Source: Marsupella aquatica
Taxonomy: Eukaryota; Plantae; Marchantiophyta
Length of the DNA: 64,000 nt
Direction of reading: 5' to 3'
NCBI GenBank assembly: GCA_973895155.1
Contig: OZ316899.1
Coordinates: forward strand, 13,457,934-13,521,933
Under the pieces are notes generated by a model. The model saw only the letters and a program-made list of their open reading frames with translations. It was not told the origin of the DNA and ran no database searches. The position numbers and the translations under genes were made by a program. Below, one piece after another: positions 60,301 to 64,000 of the stretch (its first letter is position 1; the number at the start of each line of letters is the position of its first letter).

Positions 60301-61451
60301 GAACAGACTTATGCCAAGATGAACCAAATGGAGTCTGTCATCATTGCAGAGCTCGACAAGGAGCTAAGAGCAACCCGGGAGGAGAGGACTACCTTGAAAC
60401 AAGAACGGGAGGAAGCCCAGAAGGAACTAGAGGAGGCACGCAAGGACCTGGATGAGACCCAGGAGGAGTTGGAGGAAATCACGAGGAAGATGGAGAACCT
60501 CCAGCGGCGAGCCGACAACCAAACAGAGCGGCTGAAGAAACAAGCCGCAGTATTTAAGTGCTTGTCTTCATCAGGCCCAACTCCAATTGGGGCAACCAAG
60601 TTACCAGGAGTGGTACTGGCCGAAGAAAAATCCGCGCCACCTGCACCAGTGCCGGAAGTAAGTGGGAAGGGGAAGGGACCAGCTGCCGAACCAGAAAAGA
60701 AGAAAAAGCGGAAACCTTCAGGGTCAAGGAGTAATCCGACTCCATAAGCCGTGGTGACCAAGGAGGTAGACCCAGCACCATCCTCCGGCATGACTACGGC
60801 AATAGATCCCGCTATCATCACAGGTGGGGGTGGTGCGGCCCAAGCCGAACTACTCAGTAATGAGGCCGGTATCCCAGATCCGCCTCTGGAGCAGGCCGGG
60901 GAGACCGTAGCCGAGGCTGAGGCCGTAGCCGAGAATGATTCCCGAGCCGATGCCGACGCCGATGGTGGACCCAGTCAGGCCGATGGAGAGTTGACTCAGT
61001 CAAGGGCAGGTAATCTGTCAGAAAACGAACCTACGGCAGTGGCTGAGGAGGAAGCGTTGGGGGCGTCCATTGAGGATCCACCACCGGTGTCGTGACGGTG
61101 CAAGGGCGCCGTTCCTTTTAGGAAGGGCGGACGTGGAGGGAGGAGGCGTGAGTGGGCAGGGCGGGCGCTGATCTCCAAGTTTAGGATTAGGATCAGGACC
61201 AGGAGCGGCCCTGACACTTAGCTTAGTGGGATTGCGGTTCCACTGGTAGGAGCAACACTTGTGCTCCTGCCTTGCTGTACATAGGTAGATCCGGGCAAGT
61301 AGATTACTGTTAGGTAGATTAGGCTTACGTTGCAAAGAATTAGGCGGATCCACTACCAGGATAAGTACCTGGGCAGCGGGGAGCTCAGGGCCTCTTCTTT
61401 AGCAAGTTTTTAGTTTGCACCAGCTGGGCTGGGATCAAGTAGTAAGAGAAG
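57339..61451 (+). mobile_element. Probable LTR of a third gene-bearing family (C), inserted in copia and itself interrupted at 61452
   Basis: Copia integrase homology stops abruptly at TGTGATG (57339). Contains an ORF homologous to the A/B LTR ORFs. The 3' terminus and TSD partner (CAAAT expected) are outside the window. Confidence 0.6.
57454..60747 (+). CDS. Family-C LTR-type protein, 1097 aa (in-frame continuation to 61095 after one TAA): PMD/Athila-ORF-like core + long coiled coil + KKKKRK
   Basis: GLEAFVRLPW...LLEFVGSW...TRIYG...LT..VIAEVFGLPIG...NGFFRNTC...MHCNLPRAEIGKAQV aligns with the family-A core. ORF 60751-61095 is in the same frame. Confidence 0.8.
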   Translation: MEPGPRPEVRTLGVKTRLGLGRVKRRWLGRINGRKDLKRRGVRSACRRWWLICEHELGRRLREANYCQLLRQALGERVDTDDKPKEGMSNVNQAAHFWGCLFERATEYIKTYKDEESERAARERQELARLWELQKTAFLGGELIKDKFLWTPTSNQLNDLLFCKDSVVGIREAIKNCNDIHWELKGSTERWTQATVLGETSTAAEMKRKGAVNDEATPTKRTRSAVPKKPAEQQSRRQGEAEEEEVDPIKAIPTRDDTWKGWVATLPVEVQLHFAREEDACFTAMQTKKYQGFMAGSGLEAFVRLPWLKPEVPESDLLEFVGSWEPETNCTRIYGKDFYLTPKVIAEVFGLPIGNKTKVDTRKTLPDKEFQSFPGPSTKNGFFRNTCTNPHIGEMIDFLQVTMHCNLPRAEIGKAQVYLAERPDPSRDYNGYLLNQLKKILKEEQQVIGMGSVSRLGYHMPLLCRYARGQTFAPVLPLQVRAPEEAPEPRPVAEKPQPPVSPTIEQVFRPRKEDLPMQQPGMQSLLKLLEKEKRSASATTTATATMQDTTPEVGLHRLTRENPFAGDKERIRPESKPGVRMYVGVSSSESEAELPEAPTNEEEREKPDVQEIEEAVEDCSHDNSGYGSDHHVPGVRTCGWFVPTLPRVVRGDPNQQSSPESPPPDVAPPSFDGIKQTAQEFQERIRQEEEAALAREKDLPGGDWPEDIRRLAEKGSKPLATIEEIRKTAWEQRPRWAMPITSTYSTYAKNRAMEYGEMCGELALDIFGEELEVGPFFHREQLEKHQLEEAVALERSKKDEVIRRLRRMEAEIEDLRAAKKAQDELRIKRHELNIMQGQLDTAQADNQNIKEKLTQMQGELADTIKEREKWKQELKNTEEAHITANSQAMAETQRKEWALKGELEKIRGALEQKEAELGKSYQGIMALQQELASLTASFKADLREKDEMLEQTYAKMNQMESVIIAELDKELRATREERTTLKQEREEAQKELEEARKDLDETQEELEEITRKMENLQRRADNQTERLKKQAAVFKCLSSSGPTPIGATKLPGVVLAEEKSAPPAPVPEVSGKGKGPAAEPEKKKKRKPSGSRSNPTP

Positions 61452-64000
61452 TGTGACGCCGCCGGTACGGCGGTTAATGAGTGATTCAGTCTAACTGCGC
61501 TCGGCACGCGCGTTAGGTGGGTCTTAGGCCGCTATTATTAGCATAACGACAGTATTTAGGTAATCATTAGGGGTAGGACATCATTAGGCAATAAGGGGGA
61601 CTTCAGGTTCGGGCTGGCGGCGGGTCGCTATTCGCACACCCGGGTTACGAGCGTGGAGGGGCCCCTCCCTCGGGTCCGTATAACAAACTTAAGGAAGCGG
61701 CCACTGACGCACGCTGACTCAGACCGGCGGAGTGGCCGGTACACCACAAGCGTGAGTGGTTCAACCTATGGGCGTCGAGGAGACGTCGGGGATCGACAAG
61801 CCCTCAAAGTATAAAAGGGGAGTCAACCCTTTGTAGTGCACCAGTCCATCAGTCCGTGCGCCAGCTTCGACCCCAGCTCTCTCGTTCTCTCTAGGTCGCC
61901 ACTACTATCTCCTCTGAATGTCGCACACGATCCTCTCCAGCTCGGCCATTCGATTCTGGACGCAGTTCCTATCTACCGGAAGGCACTTGGCCGATTCATT
62001 GAAACACGCCAACCCGCGCCGATACGAGATCGAACGCGAATACGAGAGAGCCATCCGCCTAGCAGGACGACACCACTACGTCCTTAACTTTGACTACCCG
62101 TCTCAGAGCGAGCTTTACCGACCAGCTGAGGTATCTGGGTACTTCTTCAACGGAGACAAATATATCGGGTTCTGGGAAGCATTGCTTCGGCTTCCGGACG
62201 AGGTCTTCAATATCCCGGGTACAATCGACCTGCAGCGACATCACTTCGACCACATCCCTGCCCAGGTTCGGGCTGTCATTAACGGCGAGTCCAGTACCAA
62301 CCGTTCGACAAGGGCGTCCGCACTCGCTTTGGAGAACTTCTACCAGCACCTGCAGAGCTTCATGGGAACTCGGCCATCAACCAACATGACCAACTCAGCC
62401 GGACCTGTACCCGTACCCGTGCCCATGCAACCCCAGCCTCAACTTCAGCTTCAGCCTCAACCGTAGCCTAGCCAAACCCCACCACCTATCACCCAGCCAG
62501 CACAGGTACGCTCCGTCATCAACGCTGTGGATCTTAGCGATGACGACGAGGCTACCCCACCCTTGACCAGGCGGCCCAGAGGAACAAGCGCGCGGGGGGC
62601 CGACACTATATCGTCCCCACCCCCTGCTCTGACCCCAGGAGCGGCCCCAGCAGACAACATAGTGACCGTGGCCGCCCCGGGCCCGTTACCAACCCCAGTG
62701 GCACTCCCCAGGCCCGATCGGGAGGATGGGGAAGTATCACCTTCCCCGAGTCAGTCACGGGGAAAGAAGAGGAAGGAATCCGCCACTGCATCCGGGTTAC
62801 CGTTGGCCACGGTAGCCGTAGCCAAGGTGACGATGCATCGCATGGGGGAAAACGTTCATAGCAACATCCTCCATCCCAAGCATGCGGTGTACCTGAAGAC
62901 TCAGGGATTTGAGCACCTCACCTCTCTCCCCTGGAACACTTGCAGGTACTACGGGGAGGACATGACAGAATTCGTCAAGAATTATGACGACGTACGTCAA
63001 TAGACTCGGCTACGGGGAAGGAATATATCCCTCACAGAAGAACGGCTCAAGATGATCTTCGGGTTACCCGAAGGTGACCATCGAGTCGAATCACGGGCTC
63101 CCGGGGGCAAGGGGGCCAAGTACCAATCTTCAAGTTTTCCCTCAGAGGGATCAGTAGACAACGGGTTCGTGATGAGGACCTGCCTCATGCCCGAGATAGC
63201 TGAGCGGCTGGAGTTCCAGAGGTACGCTCTCCACATGATGGAACCCCGGGGGGAGATCTCCGCCGCCCAGGTTATCCAGGTCGAGAACTATCGACCTAGG
63301 AAATGGGCGTCGTACTTTGCTAAGAAATTCCATGAAGAGATGGAGCGGCGAAGGAAGACGCTGTACATTGGTGGGAAGGCGTATTTCGCTAGCCATATTG
63401 AAATCATTCTTGAGTGGTACGCCCGGTTTGATCGACGAACCCTTCCCCGCATCAACGTTACAAAGCTGGTCCCAGCTAGGTGGGTTTTTCCGGCATTGGA
63501 GAGACCCGAGGCCCGAAGTCCAGTGGACACGCCAGCTTCACCCACCCCACCTCCACAAATAGCTATAATCGTAACCGAGGAGGCACCGGAGGGGTCGGTC
63601 GTCGCAACCGTTGATGCGACCCAACTAGCCGGGCTAAGTACAGAAGTTGGTACGGCAGAGGTCTTACCCGAACCCGGGTCTCCCAAGGACCCGCCGGTGG
63701 CAATTCCGGAGAACCGGACATCGCTGCAGGAGGACACTCCAGCCCCTTCCAACGTTATGTCCCCAGGGCTGGACGTCACTGCCCCGGCCCCTGCGCGTGT
63801 TGATGTCTGCCCGTGCCCAAATCCGGACAGGCACAACTTGGACCACCCGGAACTCTTCGTACAGGGTACATTTCTGAACGGGCTTCTGGGAGATTTCTCT
63901 CATCAAATTGCCCGGGATACCGGGGAGTTCATGGCCCGGAAGGTAGCCTGTTTCTTCAATCAGGAGTTGGTTGCCGCCGTAAAGGCAGGTCGGGCCCAGT
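61452..64000 (+). mobile_element. Family-A LTR, truncated by window end
   Basis: TGTGACGCCGCCGG start, near-identical to 18590 and 28691. Preceded by AGAAG (candidate TSD). Confidence 0.92.
61918..64000 (+). pseudogene. LTR-encoded protein, partial copy with CAG>TAG stops at 62464 and 63001
   Basis: ORFs 61918-62466 and 62527-63003, with an in-frame continuation to the window end. Confidence 0.88.

Overview
Eukaryotic, plant-type heterochromatic DNA (probably a seed-free plant; this is inference from the TE lineages) made almost entirely of nested transposons, with no intact host gene. The centrepiece is a complete non-chromoviral Ty3/gypsy element (18590-32695, TSD GGAGT). Each of its ~4.0-kb LTRs contains a TATA box followed by a whole ~880-codon gene: a PMD/Athila-ORF-like core, a long coiled coil and basic NLS-like motifs, with no env features. 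The same gene-bearing LTR occurs as TSD-flanked solo LTRs (1150-5117, 11890-15853), as the 5' LTR of an older degraded copy (11410-~53101) and as a window-truncated copy (61452-). Two divergent LTR families (11761-33002 and 57339-) carry homologous ORFs. Nested in the older copy is a 10.8-kb CACTA element (38156-48968, TSD CTT). It carries a TnpD transposase, a divergently oriented TnpA-like gene and a SET-domain exon. The SET exon and the transposase can each be spliced in frame to the same zinc-finger first exon. Also present: two Bianca-like Ty1/copia remnants, a 5'-truncated LINE, a MITE, a 1.47-kb AGT...ACT element with a 5-bp TSD, a minus-strand gypsy 3' end, and a degraded ParB-like gene with palindromic repeats.
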